The notes beneath the pieces were generated by a model. That model had not been told where the DNA came from. It made no database searches and saw only the letters and a list, made by a program, of their open reading frames with translations. Of a DNA stretch of 64,000 nucleotides, positions 30,373 to 40,789 are shown one piece after another. A program made the position numbers and the translations under genes. The stretch spans positions 11,017 to 75,016 of the forward strand of contig JAOABA010000015.1 in the NCBI GenBank assembly GCA_026418625.1. The letters are read 5' to 3'. Every line of letters begins with the position of its first letter. Position 1 is the first letter of the stretch. Source of the stretch: Candidatus Kapaibacterium sp. GTDB lineage: Bacteria; Bacteroidota; Ignavibacteria; Kapaibacteriales; UBA2268.

Positions 30373-31533
30373 ATGTATAAGCAATATTTTTCTAAATTTT
30401 TAGCCGAAAACAAAGAAAAACTGCATTTTGCAGCTCATAGTCATCATTACTGGCTTGATATCACCAGAGAAGCTGTTCTTGATTATTGGGACAATTCTGC
30501 AAAATACAGTGATGAAAAATGGGAACTTATTCTTGGTAAAGTAATTCCAGAAGCACAGAAAAACATAGCTGAAATTCTGGATATTGATTATCCTGAGCAG
30601 ATTGCTTTTGCACCAAATACACACGAATTTGTTTTTCGGCTAATAAGCTGCTTTGATTGGTTTAAAAAGTTAAAAATACTCTCAACCGATAGTGAATTTC
30701 ACTCTTTTACTCGACAGACAGCAAGATTAGAAGAAGTTGGGAAAATAAATGTTAATCGTGTTGAAACATTTCCTTTCGAGTCATTTTTGGAAAGGTTCTT
30801 GAAGGAATTAGAAAAGTCTCAGTATGATATTGTTTTTCTGAGTAATGTCTTTTTCAATTCCGGATTTTATATTAAAGACCTTACAGAAATAGTTGAGAAA
30901 ACGCCCGAGGAAACGATGATAGTAATAGACGGTTATCATTCGTTTATGGCAATACCTCAATCAATCAGGAAGCATCAATCAAGGATATTTTTACTTGGAG
31001 GTGGTTATAAGTATGCTATGAGCGGAGAAGGTGTCTGTTTTATGTTTGCTCCAAAAAATAATACTTACAGACCAATTCATACCGGATGGTTTGCTACTTT
31101 TGGCTCTCTAACTGAAAACCAAACAAATTTGGTTGCCTATTCCAATGATGCCTATAAATTTTGGGGCTCAACTTTTGACCCAACGGGTATTTATCGCTTT
31201 AACTCCGTCTGTAAGTTTCTGAAATCAATAAACTTAGATGTTCCAAAAATTCATAATTATGTAATTAATCTACAAAATCTTTTTCTTGATGAATTGAAGA
31301 AAATAAATTCAGATGTTTTCAATTTATCCAACCTTTTAACACCTATTACTGACTCTAATAGGGGGCATTTCCTGACTTTTCAATTACCTAATGCAGCTAT
31401 CTTTCATAAAAAGTTAAGGGAACAAAATGTTATTACTGATTACCGTGGTGACCGGCTCCGTTTCGGTTTCGGAATCTATCAAAACGAAAATGATATTATT
31501 CAGTTTTCGAGAGTTTTAAGTAAGATAAAATGA
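30373..31533 (+). CDS. kynU: Kynureninase (PLP-dependent).
   Basis: Blocks resembling kynureninase: YKYAMSGEGVCFMF (compare YKYLNGGPG) and a C-terminal DYRGDRLRFGFGIYQNE. Starts 3 nt after kynA. Confidence 0.7.
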   Translation: MYKQYFSKFLAENKEKLHFAAHSHHYWLDITREAVLDYWDNSAKYSDEKWELILGKVIPEAQKNIAEILDIDYPEQIAFAPNTHEFVFRLISCFDWFKKLKILSTDSEFHSFTRQTARLEEVGKINVNRVETFPFESFLERFLKELEKSQYDIVFLSNVFFNSGFYIKDLTEIVEKTPEETMIVIDGYHSFMAIPQSIRKHQSRIFLLGGGYKYAMSGEGVCFMFAPKNNTYRPIHTGWFATFGSLTENQTNLVAYSNDAYKFWGSTFDPTGIYRFNSVCKFLKSINLDVPKIHNYVINLQNLFLDELKKINSDVFNLSNLLTPITDSNRGHFLTFQLPNAAIFHKKLREQNVITDYRGDRLRFGFGIYQNENDIIQFSRVLSKIK

Positions 31534-31728
31534 ATTTAAACCATATCATTAAATGGAAATTTAGTTTCATAAATGTTAGCTGAAATGATTGTAAAGGTTC
31601 CATTTAAAAAAGGCTTTCAAACTTCTCTTACCAGACTGACCGAAAAAAATTTATATCATACGCAATTCATTTTTTATTATTATTTCAAGTTAAATTATAA
31701 GTTGCTTTTTTTTGATTTAATTATTTCT

Positions 31729-31900
31729 CGCAAAGACCGCAGAGTCTAACGCTGAGTTCGCAGAGATTTTTTTTAGAAAATTGAATTTTTTTCCATATTG
31801 TTTAAAATCTTAATGATAATTAATAAGCTCTGCGTTCTCTGCGATTAATCTATTTTTAAATTTATGACATTGTTCACTGCGAGCTTTGCGTGAAACAAAT
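31729..31900. repeat. Degenerate, partial copy of the ~245-bp repeat family.
   Basis: ttatttctcgcaaagaccgcagagt...gagttcgcagagatttttttt matches the core of the repeat. A second fragment, ctctgcgttctctgcg...gctttgcgtgaaa, matches the 5' part of the unit. Confidence 0.6.
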
Positions 31901-32030
31901 TAAAGTAAGGAAAATCAAGGCTTCAAATTAATTCCTTTTTTTTGGAATAATTATGATTTAGCGAAAAATTTAAAAATGCCATAAACATTATTACGTTTCA
32001 ATAACTTTTAATACAAAGGATAATTATAGA

Positions 32031-33122
32031 ATGAAGCAATTAATTATATATTTATTACTCATTTTTGCCACAGGATTTTCTTATGGCAAAATTTTAATGA
32101 AACCATACCTTCAAGCTTTGAGTAATAATTCAGTTATTGTTATGGTCGAAACTGATAATAATTCTCCAGTAACCGTTAATTATGGACAAACCAGAAACAC
32201 CGAACTGACAGCAACAACGAATTATTATGTGGAAACTGAAAAAAGAAGAAATAATACATTCGTTCATCGTATTAAACTTGAAAATTTAAAGAGCAATAGT
32301 GCTTATTTTTACAAAGCAGTTCATAATAATGATGAGTCTGACATTTTAAAATTTCGAACACCACCTCAAGAAAACTCACCAATTTTATTTGCTGTGATGG
32401 GGGACAATAGATCTAATCCATTCGATCACTCGAGAAAGTCAAAAAAAATGAAAAGATTTGAACCCTTATTTTCTATCTATACTGGCGATTTATGTTTCGA
32501 TGGAAGATATGAAACTTGGAAATCGGAATTTTTCACTGCAGATGAATTGAATTTGATTTCCGAAGTCCCATTCTTCAACTCAATAGGAAATCACGAAGGT
32601 ATGGGACAAAATTCAAAAGCGTTTTTGGAACCAGCTAATAAAAACTCTGGAAATGACTTCTATTATTCATTTGATATTGGCAATATACATTTCTTAGTTC
32701 TCAACACAGAACAGAGCGTTAAGAAAGGCTCCAACCAATGGAAATTTGCTGAAGAAGACCTAAAGAACAGTAATAAAAAATGGAAAATAGCTGTATTTCA
32801 TATTCCCGCTTACTCTAGTGGTGGTCATAGCGGAAGTAAAGATATGATTAAAATGACAAATGAGTTATTCGAAAAATATGGTGTTGATATTTGTCTGACC
32901 GGTCATAATCATTATTATCAAAGAAATTATGTAAATAAAATTTACCATTTGGTCTTCGGTGGAGGCGGAGCTCCTTTGTATGAACCTAAAACTGAAAATT
33001 ATACACAAATCAGCGTAAAAGATTTTAACTATGGGATTTTTGAAGTTTTTGATGATAAAATTAATGTAAGTGTATATAATCTGAAAGATGAAAAAATTGA
33101 TAGCTTTATGATAAGCAAGTAA
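32031..33122 (+). CDS. Purple-acid-phosphatase-like metallophosphoesterase.
   Basis: Signal peptide. PAP N-terminal beta-sandwich (VTVNYGQT...AYFYK). Calcineurin-like motifs GDNRSN, GDLCFDG, GNHEG, GHNHYYQR. Confidence 0.8.
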   Translation: MKQLIIYLLLIFATGFSYGKILMKPYLQALSNNSVIVMVETDNNSPVTVNYGQTRNTELTATTNYYVETEKRRNNTFVHRIKLENLKSNSAYFYKAVHNNDESDILKFRTPPQENSPILFAVMGDNRSNPFDHSRKSKKMKRFEPLFSIYTGDLCFDGRYETWKSEFFTADELNLISEVPFFNSIGNHEGMGQNSKAFLEPANKNSGNDFYYSFDIGNIHFLVLNTEQSVKKGSNQWKFAEEDLKNSNKKWKIAVFHIPAYSSGGHSGSKDMIKMTNELFEKYGVDICLTGHNHYYQRNYVNKIYHLVFGGGGAPLYEPKTENYTQISVKDFNYGIFEVFDDKINVSVYNLKDEKIDSFMISK

Positions 33123-33144
33123 GAAAATCTTTAATTAATATAAA

Positions 33145-33202
33145 GTCTGTTCTACTGCATTATACCTAATTAAAAAAAGTATAAATCAGCAGTAGAACAG
33201 AC
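33145..33202. terminator. Long perfect hairpin between two convergent genes. Likely a bidirectional terminator.
   Basis: gtctgttctactgc (33145-33158) pairs perfectly with gcagtagaacagac (33189-33202), leaving a 30-nt AT-rich loop. Confidence 0.5.
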
Positions 33203-33210
33203 AGTAGAAA

Positions 33211-34401
33211 TCAAACGAGAGTTAAAATTGGTATTACTTTTTCCTGAATTGCTCCAGAGACTTCAACTTTACCTTCATCAGTAACAAAAACATCAATTTC
33301 AGTTCTGAATCCAATCTTTTCGTGTTCCATATAAATTCCCGGTTCAACAGAAAAGCAAGTTCCGGGGATAATTAACCTTTCATCTTTGGTTTCGAGGTTG
33401 TCAATATTAACTCCATTACCGTGGACTTCCTCGCCAATGTTATGACCAGTGCGATGAGTAAAGTATTCGGCAAGACCGGCTTCCCTAATAACATTTCTAC
33501 AAGCATCATCAACTTCCCAGCCGTAGAGAGGTTCACCACGGGAAAATCGTCTTTTCACTAAATTTAAAGCAGTATCTCTCGCATTTCTGGCAATTTGAAA
33601 AATATTCTCAATTTTTTCGGGAACTGTCTCTCCAATGAAACCCATCCAAGTGATGTCATAATATATACTTCTTGGTTTATCGAGTTTTGCCCAAAGGTCT
33701 ATCAAAACCAAATCACCCTCTTTCATCTTAAAGGTATTTGCGGGTGTTGGCTCAAAATGAGGGTCTGCTGCGTGCTCATTAACTGCAACTATAGGACCAT
33801 CATTAAAAGTTAGACCATTTGACTTCATAAGATTTACCATAAATTCATAAATCTCATATTCTGTGGGATTTTGACCCGATTTTATCCTTTTGCAAATCTC
33901 TTTGAATGCCTCATCTTTAACCATTTGAAGGATTTTACCTGCTTCGACGTGGCTTTGCCAATCCTCCATTGATAAATGAGACTCAAATTTACTGACTAAA
34001 TCAGCACTTGAAACTATTTCAACTCCAAAACTTTTAATTAATTGATATGTTCCAGCGTCAACTATTGAAACATAAGGTATAGCATTCATAGGTGAATACT
34101 GCATTGCAATTTTCTTTGCCCATTTCAGAATATCTCTTAATAATCTATGCTGCTCCTGCCAAGGTAAATAAACGTGTTTCTCACCGGGAAGATGATCGCA
34201 TCTCCAAGGCTCTATCCTATGAACGAGTTTTTGTGGTTCGCCTTCAGCTGGAATATAATAAAACCATCTTCGGGAGGCAAAGCGTTTAGTGTCCATATTT
34301 AGTATTCTGGCAGCTATCATATCGCGATTATGAAAATCATAAAACAACCAACCATCGAGACCGGCTTCTTTAAGTGCTTCTTGAATTGCTTTTAAATCCA
34401 T
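33211..34401 (-). CDS. M24-family metallopeptidase (Xaa-Pro aminopeptidase or prolidase-like).
   Basis: Creatinase/prolidase-fold blocks: DLVLIDLWAK, HRTGHNIGEEVHGNG, GTCFSVEPGIY. Confidence 0.8.
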   Translation of the reverse strand: MDLKAIQEALKEAGLDGWLFYDFHNRDMIAARILNMDTKRFASRRWFYYIPAEGEPQKLVHRIEPWRCDHLPGEKHVYLPWQEQHRLLRDILKWAKKIAMQYSPMNAIPYVSIVDAGTYQLIKSFGVEIVSSADLVSKFESHLSMEDWQSHVEAGKILQMVKDEAFKEICKRIKSGQNPTEYEIYEFMVNLMKSNGLTFNDGPIVAVNEHAADPHFEPTPANTFKMKEGDLVLIDLWAKLDKPRSIYYDITWMGFIGETVPEKIENIFQIARNARDTALNLVKRRFSRGEPLYGWEVDDACRNVIREAGLAEYFTHRTGHNIGEEVHGNGVNIDNLETKDERLIIPGTCFSVEPGIYMEHEKIGFRTEIDVFVTDEGKVEVSGAIQEKVIPILTLV

Positions 34402-34414
34402 TAACTTTCCTTTC

Positions 34415-37400
34415 TTATTTTAGATGAATAATCTTAATTACAAATATTTCTTTATGAGTTTTTATTTCGATGAAATAAACACCTGAATTTATATTATTCG
34501 GTTCCCATTTTATTGAGTGTTTTCCTTGGGATTGGTAATCACTGAACAATTTTTCGATTTCAATTCCAATATCGTTTCGAATTGTTATTGTAACAAAACT
34601 ATCAAACTGTAAATCATAATTGATATTCACAATTTTTGTGAAGGGATTGGGATAAGCAGAAAAATCTCTTAAACTTATGTCAGCAAGTTCAACACTCAAT
34701 TCCTCGACCGTTTCAAACTGCCAAGTATCTGAGAACTCACTTTCTCCTTTATCATAAAAGGCTTTGACCTTCCAATAATATTTTGTTTTGAAATCAAGAT
34801 TTGAAAATTCAAACTGAGTAGTCTCTATTGAATCAATAACTCTAACGATATTTTGAAAATTAAAATCCTTAGCAAGATAAAGTTTATAGTATTTAGCACC
34901 ACTTACACGCTTCCAATTTAATGTTACATCCAGTGGTATATTATTTGAATTATTCAAAGGATAGCTCAACTCAGGCTTTGCAAGACCGGTGCTAAATGTT
35001 CTATAGCTAGCCCATAATCCATCGTAATTATTAACCTTTATCCTAACTCTCCAGAAATATGTTTTATAGAATGCCAAGTCAGGAATTGTTACGCTTATTG
35101 TATCAAGTGAAGTAAACTCTTTGACAATAGAATTAAAGTTTCTGTCCTCTGATAATTGGAAATGATATGCAGTAGCTTTTGCATAAGGCTCCCACTGAAA
35201 TGTTACAGTTGTTTTCATATTTTCCTCATTATCATAAGGATATGTAAGAATCGGGGCTTCAATAACAGTAATGAATTTCCAAGGAGTTGACCAGTCACTT
35301 TGTCCGTAATCATCTTTTGCTCTGACTCTCCAGTAATATTCAGTGAAATATTCGAGCAATTTTGATTGATGGTTTGAGATAGTCTGGGTCTCGCCATCAA
35401 ATATCATTTGTTCGAAATCAATATCTTTTGCAATTTGTATTTCATAACCTGTTGCTCCAGTGCTTGGATTCCATTCAAAGTTGACAATAGTGGGATGCCC
35501 ATAGCTATTATTAGCAGGTGAGCGATTTACTGGTGGTTTCAATCTTGTAATAAAGCTCCAAGTTTCGGACCACTCACTATTATTTTTATTTGCTCTTGCC
35601 TGAACACGCCAATAATATGTTGTATATAACTCTAAGCCCTTGACTTCTGCAGTTGTATCAGTAAAGTCTTTATTTAAAATTAATGTTCCACTAAAATTTT
35701 TATCTTTTGAAACTTGAACAGTGTAAGAACCAGCACCATCCACTTTTTTCCAAACAAGTTTAGTAGTTACCGGGTGTCCGCCAGTGTTATTTTGGGGATA
35801 AACCAAAATCGGAGGTGCAATTATTGTAGTGAACATCCAAGGTTGACTCCAAGCTCCAAGTGATTTGTTTGTCCTTGAACGGACTCTCCAATAATATGTA
35901 GTATTATAATCAAGTGTTGAATTTATTTTTCTTTGTGTTGGGCTATGAGTAATTGATTCTATGTTGTTGCTGAATGAAAATTCTTTTGAAATTTGAAATT
36001 CATACATATCTGCTCTTGCAACGCTATTCCAAACAAAGGTAGGAGTTAAAGTAATTCCTCCAGAGCCATAAGCGGGTGAACTTAATTCCGGAATAAGTAA
36101 ATCTTCAGGTTCAATATATCTATAAAGTGAATTAGTTGCAACAAAAAGGAAGCCATCACCACTCAGCGTCATAGATTCTATTTTCGATGACCTGATTGCC
36201 CCTGAAATGAGAGTGTCCCAAGTCGAACCGTTATTAGTCGAAAATCTTAAACCTTCGTCATAGCTCATACCAATGAAAATGTGGTTTCTTCGATTAATGT
36301 TTATAAATTGAACCCCTGAATATTGAACTCCAAAAGTTATGTTAGTCCAACTTGCTCCGTTATTTGTTGAAAGGTATAACCCGCTTGTCATAGTTCCAAC
36401 AAAAATATGATTATTGCTATTAAAAGCGATGCATTGAGGGGTTTGAGCAGTTGGTAAATAAGTAGTCCAATTAACGCCGTCGTTAGTTGAACGCATAACC
36501 GTATCCTCAGAAATGAGCCAAATATGCCCATTATAATTCACTCCTATCGCTATAAATCCTGACAGTGCTCTTGTGTGAACATTAAGAATTTGCCAAGTTC
36601 CACCCATATCCGTTGTTGTTATTAAATTAGTTCTTATAGCATTTGGATTCATTTGGTCTGAGGGTGGAAATCTTAGTGCGGCAAACAATCTGCCATCCGG
36701 TTTAACTGCTAATGCAGTTACCATTGTGTCTGTAAAAGTTCTCATAGCAGACCAAGTCAAACCCTGATTCGCTGAGACATAAAGAATACTACCTGATGAA
36801 GAAACCCCGGAGGCATAAGCATTTCCAACGGAATCGAAAGCAAAGCATAAAATAGTTGTTCCGGGTAAAATTGCTTGAGACCAAGTATTTCCATTATCAG
36901 TTGAGCGGTATATACCCTTATTTTTGTTTGATGCAAGAACTAAGCCATTTTTGTAAGCAAGCATTGGTCTCATCGAAGAATCAGTCTTGTGAGAAACATA
37001 GGTCCAAGTTCTTCCAGAATCCAAACTTTTAAAAATTCCCTCAAAGGCAATTGAGGCAAAAAGAACACCTTGTGAATTTCTTGCCAATGCGTTTATACCG
37101 GGGTATCTCACATTTGTTCTAACCCAATCATCCATTACTTTGCTATCATATCTGAAAATTCCTCTGTCGTCAGTGCCAACAATTGGATCAGCAGTAATAG
37201 GAAATGTAAGTGCTGTTACATTTCTGAAAAAATTGTTTTTTTTATATTCTGACCAACTGACCCCAGAATTCACTGAAAAATTGAGACCTCCACCAAGGGT
37301 TCCGCAAAACATTTCACCCAATTGACTAATTCCAAAACAGGTGATATTTTTACTATTGATTCCGCCATTGGAAGATCTCCACGTTAATGCATTGTCTGAT

Positions 37401-37987
37401 GATCTATATATTCCCCCTCCGTTTGTTCCCGCAACCACATCACCATCTGCAGTTACAAATAAAGCGGTAATATCCCAAAACCAAATCCCAATATTTGATT
37501 CAGTCCAATTCCCACCAGAATTTGTAGAGCGAAAAACGCCTCCTCCCTTAGTTCCAACAAATATATGAGTGTTTCCTTTGAATGCAATAGCTTTTACATA
37601 AAGATTAGTCAGCCCATTATTTACTGCTGTCCAACTCAATCCATTGTTAGAGGATCGAAATAAACCTCCACCATTAGTTCCTGCATAAATAACACCCGAA
37701 GAATCAAATTCAATGGCATTGATGAAAAGGTTTGTTAAACCGAAATTTATTTCGGTCCAAGTTTGCCCGCTATTGAATGATCTAAATATACCACCACCCC
37801 AAGTTCCAATATAAAGTGTGTTGTTTCTATCGATTTTTAGCACTCTGACATCGGGAGCTGTTGGTCCGCTAATCAAACCCCAATAAGGAGCAAGAGTGTC
37901 AATGTCCTGAGAATATGCGGGATTTTGCCCAAATACCACAAAAGATAGAAGGGTTATAAATAGTAACTTAAAATTAATTTTCATCAA
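34415..37987 (-). CDS. Giant secreted protein: BNR/Asp-box beta-propeller, then several fibronectin type III domains, then a T9SS C-terminal sorting domain.
   Basis: Signal peptide. At least 11 S-x-(D/N)-x-G-x-(T/S)-W repeats. FN3-like repeats with YYWRV motifs. C-terminal AYPNPFTKIVNINY...GVYFIEIKT...IIHLK T9SS domain. Confidence 0.8.
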   Translation of the reverse strand: MMKINFKLLFITLLSFVVFGQNPAYSQDIDTLAPYWGLISGPTAPDVRVLKIDRNNTLYIGTWGGGIFRSFNSGQTWTEINFGLTNLFINAIEFDSSGVIYAGTNGGGLFRSSNNGLSWTAVNNGLTNLYVKAIAFKGNTHIFVGTKGGGVFRSTNSGGNWTESNIGIWFWDITALFVTADGDVVAGTNGGGIYRSSDNALTWRSSNGGINSKNITCFGISQLGEMFCGTLGGGLNFSVNSGVSWSEYKKNNFFRNVTALTFPITADPIVGTDDRGIFRYDSKVMDDWVRTNVRYPGINALARNSQGVLFASIAFEGIFKSLDSGRTWTYVSHKTDSSMRPMLAYKNGLVLASNKNKGIYRSTDNGNTWSQAILPGTTILCFAFDSVGNAYASGVSSSGSILYVSANQGLTWSAMRTFTDTMVTALAVKPDGRLFAALRFPPSDQMNPNAIRTNLITTTDMGGTWQILNVHTRALSGFIAIGVNYNGHIWLISEDTVMRSTNDGVNWTTYLPTAQTPQCIAFNSNNHIFVGTMTSGLYLSTNNGASWTNITFGVQYSGVQFININRRNHIFIGMSYDEGLRFSTNNGSTWDTLISGAIRSSKIESMTLSGDGFLFVATNSLYRYIEPEDLLIPELSSPAYGSGGITLTPTFVWNSVARADMYEFQISKEFSFSNNIESITHSPTQRKINSTLDYNTTYYWRVRSRTNKSLGAWSQPWMFTTIIAPPILVYPQNNTGGHPVTTKLVWKKVDGAGSYTVQVSKDKNFSGTLILNKDFTDTTAEVKGLELYTTYYWRVQARANKNNSEWSETWSFITRLKPPVNRSPANNSYGHPTIVNFEWNPSTGATGYEIQIAKDIDFEQMIFDGETQTISNHQSKLLEYFTEYYWRVRAKDDYGQSDWSTPWKFITVIEAPILTYPYDNEENMKTTVTFQWEPYAKATAYHFQLSEDRNFNSIVKEFTSLDTISVTIPDLAFYKTYFWRVRIKVNNYDGLWASYRTFSTGLAKPELSYPLNNSNNIPLDVTLNWKRVSGAKYYKLYLAKDFNFQNIVRVIDSIETTQFEFSNLDFKTKYYWKVKAFYDKGESEFSDTWQFETVEELSVELADISLRDFSAYPNPFTKIVNINYDLQFDSFVTITIRNDIGIEIEKLFSDYQSQGKHSIKWEPNNINSGVYFIEIKTHKEIFVIKIIHLK

Positions 37988-38054
37988 AATACCCCTTATT
38001 TGATTTATTTAATGTTATAATAACACATATTACTAAAAAAAATTTCACTTGAAA

Positions 38055-38891
38055 TTAACTTTCTGAAATTTTTTTTGGTTCCGGCAACATAAAAGACTCA
38101 ATAGAAATAGCTTTTCCGTTATTAGGATTTATTTTGATATTTACTCCACAGAGTCTAACATCATCAACAGCTAATTCATATTTGAAAGGTGTTTGAAAAA
38201 TAAATCTTTTCAATGCAATTTCTTTCTTTAATCCAACAACGGAGTCGTAGGGTCCAGTCATACCAACATCAGTAATATAAGCAGAACCTTGTGGCAAAAT
38301 ACACGCATCTGCTGTTTGAATATGAGTGTGTGTGCCTATGATAGCAGAAACTTTACCATCAAGGTGCCATCCCATTGCTACTTTCTCTGCGGAGGCATCT
38401 GCATGAAAATCTACGATTATTATTTTTGTTCTTTCCTGAATTGACTTCAAGGCATTATCAGCAGAACGAAACGGACAGTCAATAGCTTGCATATATGTCC
38501 GCCCCTGAATGTTCAGAACAGCCACTTCTGTTTGATTTTCAAGGGAAAAAAAAGTGTAGCCTCGTCCTGCATTTCCCGGTGGATAGTTCAGTGGTCTAAT
38601 AACCTTTTGATTAGCCGAAAGAAGAGGTCTCGACTTCCAGTTATCCCAGACGTGATTACCTGAAGTCAAAATATCTATTCCTAAAGCAAACAAACGGTTG
38701 GCTTCTTCCTCAGTCAATCCTTTTCCTGCGGCTGCATTTTCACCGTTTGCAATAATAAAATCAGGCTGATATTTTTCTATCAATGACGGTAGTTTTTCTT
38801 CTACTGCTTTGATTCCACAATCACCAACAATATCACCTATAAAGAGAACATCTATATTTTTTTCCAAGTTATTTTCCTTAAATAAATGCAA
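38055..38891 (-). CDS. YmdB-family metallophosphoesterase (2',3'-cyclic-nucleotide phosphodiesterase-like).
   Basis: TIGR00282-like blocks LFIGDIVG, IIANGENAAAGKG, ILTSGNHVWD. Confidence 0.85.
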   Translation of the reverse strand: MHLFKENNLEKNIDVLFIGDIVGDCGIKAVEEKLPSLIEKYQPDFIIANGENAAAGKGLTEEEANRLFALGIDILTSGNHVWDNWKSRPLLSANQKVIRPLNYPPGNAGRGYTFFSLENQTEVAVLNIQGRTYMQAIDCPFRSADNALKSIQERTKIIIVDFHADASAEKVAMGWHLDGKVSAIIGTHTHIQTADACILPQGSAYITDVGMTGPYDSVVGLKKEIALKRFIFQTPFKYELAVDDVRLCGVNIKINPNNGKAISIESFMLPEPKKISES

Positions 38892-38989
38892 TTTAACAAA
38901 AACTTGTTTAGTAAATAAAAATCATATTTGATATAAAAAATGGTTTAATTAATTTTGAATATTATTATCAATTTTCTTTATAGGAAAAT

Positions 38990-39556
38990 ATGAAAATTTA
39001 CACAAAAACTGGTGACGACGGAACAACGGGGCTTTTCTCCGGAAAAAGAGTATCAAAATCTGACCTCAGAGTCGAAACTTATGGCACTGTTGATGAGTTA
39101 AATTCAATCATAGGAATAATTTTAACCTATGATTTGCCAAAATCTACATACACACATCTTACTATTTTGAGTAATTTGCTTTTCATAATGGGTTCAGATC
39201 TTGCTACTCCTGCTGATGCAAATATTGTCAAATACAAATTAGATAGAATTGAAGAAAAACACATTGAATGGTTGGAAAAATTGATTGATAAATATTCGGA
39301 GGATCTTCCAGAGCTTAAAAACTTTATTCTACCTGGTGGAACAAGAGTCGCTGCTCTTTGCCATCTTGCAAGAACGGTTTGCAGACGTGCCGAAAGATTG
39401 GCAGTCGCTCTAAAAAAGAATGAGCCAATTAGTAATAATGTCGTTGTTTTTCTAAATAGACTTTCCGATTTTCTCTTTACAACTGCAAGGTATATAAACC
39501 ACCTTAGTGGAATTAAAGACGTTATAAAAAATAACAATATCGAATTAAAAATTTAA
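38990..39556 (+). CDS. PduO-type ATP:cob(I)alamin adenosyltransferase.
   Basis: MKIYTKTGDDGTTGLFSGKRVSKSDLRVETYGTVDELNS N-terminal signature. About 188 aa. Confidence 0.85.
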   Translation: MKIYTKTGDDGTTGLFSGKRVSKSDLRVETYGTVDELNSIIGIILTYDLPKSTYTHLTILSNLLFIMGSDLATPADANIVKYKLDRIEEKHIEWLEKLIDKYSEDLPELKNFILPGGTRVAALCHLARTVCRRAERLAVALKKNEPISNNVVVFLNRLSDFLFTTARYINHLSGIKDVIKNNNIELKI

Positions 39557-39557
39557 A

Positions 39558-40733
39558 TTATTTTATTTTTACAAATAAAAAATAAACAGAACAAAGAAAA
39601 GCAACAATACCCGATAGCAAAAATGGCGCTGTCGGGTTAATTGCTGACCATAAAATTCCTGCTATAGAGCTTGCCAATAACGTGGCAAGGCTTTGAAAAC
39701 TTGTCAGGAAACCAATTGCTGTTGCAGTTTCTTCTTTACTTGCTATATTTGATATTAATGCCTTTGAGTTACCTTCTATTGCAGATATTGCTATTCCATA
39801 AACTGAAAATAATAAATAATATAACCACTCTGAACTAACAAAAGGAATAAAAATATATACAATACTGAACAAAAAGATACCCAGAATAAGGCTGTTTTTC
39901 AATTTAATTTTATCTCCAAGCCAACCCATCGGTGCTGAAAATAATGCATAAACTAAATTGTAAAATATATACAGAGTAATAACGGTTGAATCTGATAACC
40001 CGTGATGTTTGACTAATAACAACAAAAACATATCCGAGCTATTTATAGCCGTGAATACAATTAGTCCAATGACTGTTTTCTTGAAATTTTTTGATGATTT
40101 TTTCCAATATGATAAAAATTCCAAAAATTTAGTTTTTGTATGATTATTCGTTATTTCTATTGACTTTTTGTCCTTTAAAAAAAATGTAAATAAAATTCCT
40201 ATCAACCCGGGAATAAAAGCCAAAATAAATAAAGTAACATAATTTTCAGGATAATAATAAAGATAAATTAAAGCTAATATTGGTCCAATAGCAGCTCCTA
40301 AGGTATCGAATGCCCTATGAAAACCAAACACTCTCCCTTTAAATTCCTTTGTTGTTTCAGAGGAAAGAATAGCATCTCTTGCTGCAGTTCTTACTCCTTT
40401 ACCAAGCCTATCCATTGTTCTCAAGAAGAAAACTATTACAGGAGTTGCAAAAAGCCCTATTAAAGGTTTGGAAATGGAACTTAAAGTATAACCAATTCTC
40501 ACAAAGGGGACCCTTTTTCCAATTTTGTCGGACATTCTGCCAAAATATCCTTTTGAAAAACCAGCTATTGCTTCCGCAAAACCCTCCAAAATTCCAATCC
40601 ATAAAACTGAGAACCCGATACTTTTCAAAAACATCGGTAATATTGGATAAAGCATCTCACTCGATATGTCAGTCATCATACTGATGATTGAAAGAATAAC
40701 AATAGTTTTTGTTAAGTATTTCATAACATTCAC
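39558..40733 (-). CDS. Major facilitator superfamily (MFS) transporter.
   Basis: About 12 hydrophobic helices. MFS loop motif GRMSDKIGKR. Confidence 0.75.
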   Translation of the reverse strand: MNVMKYLTKTIVILSIISMMTDISSEMLYPILPMFLKSIGFSVLWIGILEGFAEAIAGFSKGYFGRMSDKIGKRVPFVRIGYTLSSISKPLIGLFATPVIVFFLRTMDRLGKGVRTAARDAILSSETTKEFKGRVFGFHRAFDTLGAAIGPILALIYLYYYPENYVTLFILAFIPGLIGILFTFFLKDKKSIEITNNHTKTKFLEFLSYWKKSSKNFKKTVIGLIVFTAINSSDMFLLLLVKHHGLSDSTVITLYIFYNLVYALFSAPMGWLGDKIKLKNSLILGIFLFSIVYIFIPFVSSEWLYYLLFSVYGIAISAIEGNSKALISNIASKEETATAIGFLTSFQSLATLLASSIAGILWSAINPTAPFLLSGIVAFLCSVYFLFVKIK

Positions 40734-40789
40734 AAAAATTTGTAATTTGTGTGTTCAACTTACAAATAATTATAATATAAAACAGAAAA

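Noticed and set aside
38892-38989. Cobalamin riboswitch upstream of the PduO-type adenosyltransferase.
   Set aside because: The gap is only 98 nt and AT-rich. It has none of the conserved B12-box or GC-rich stems.
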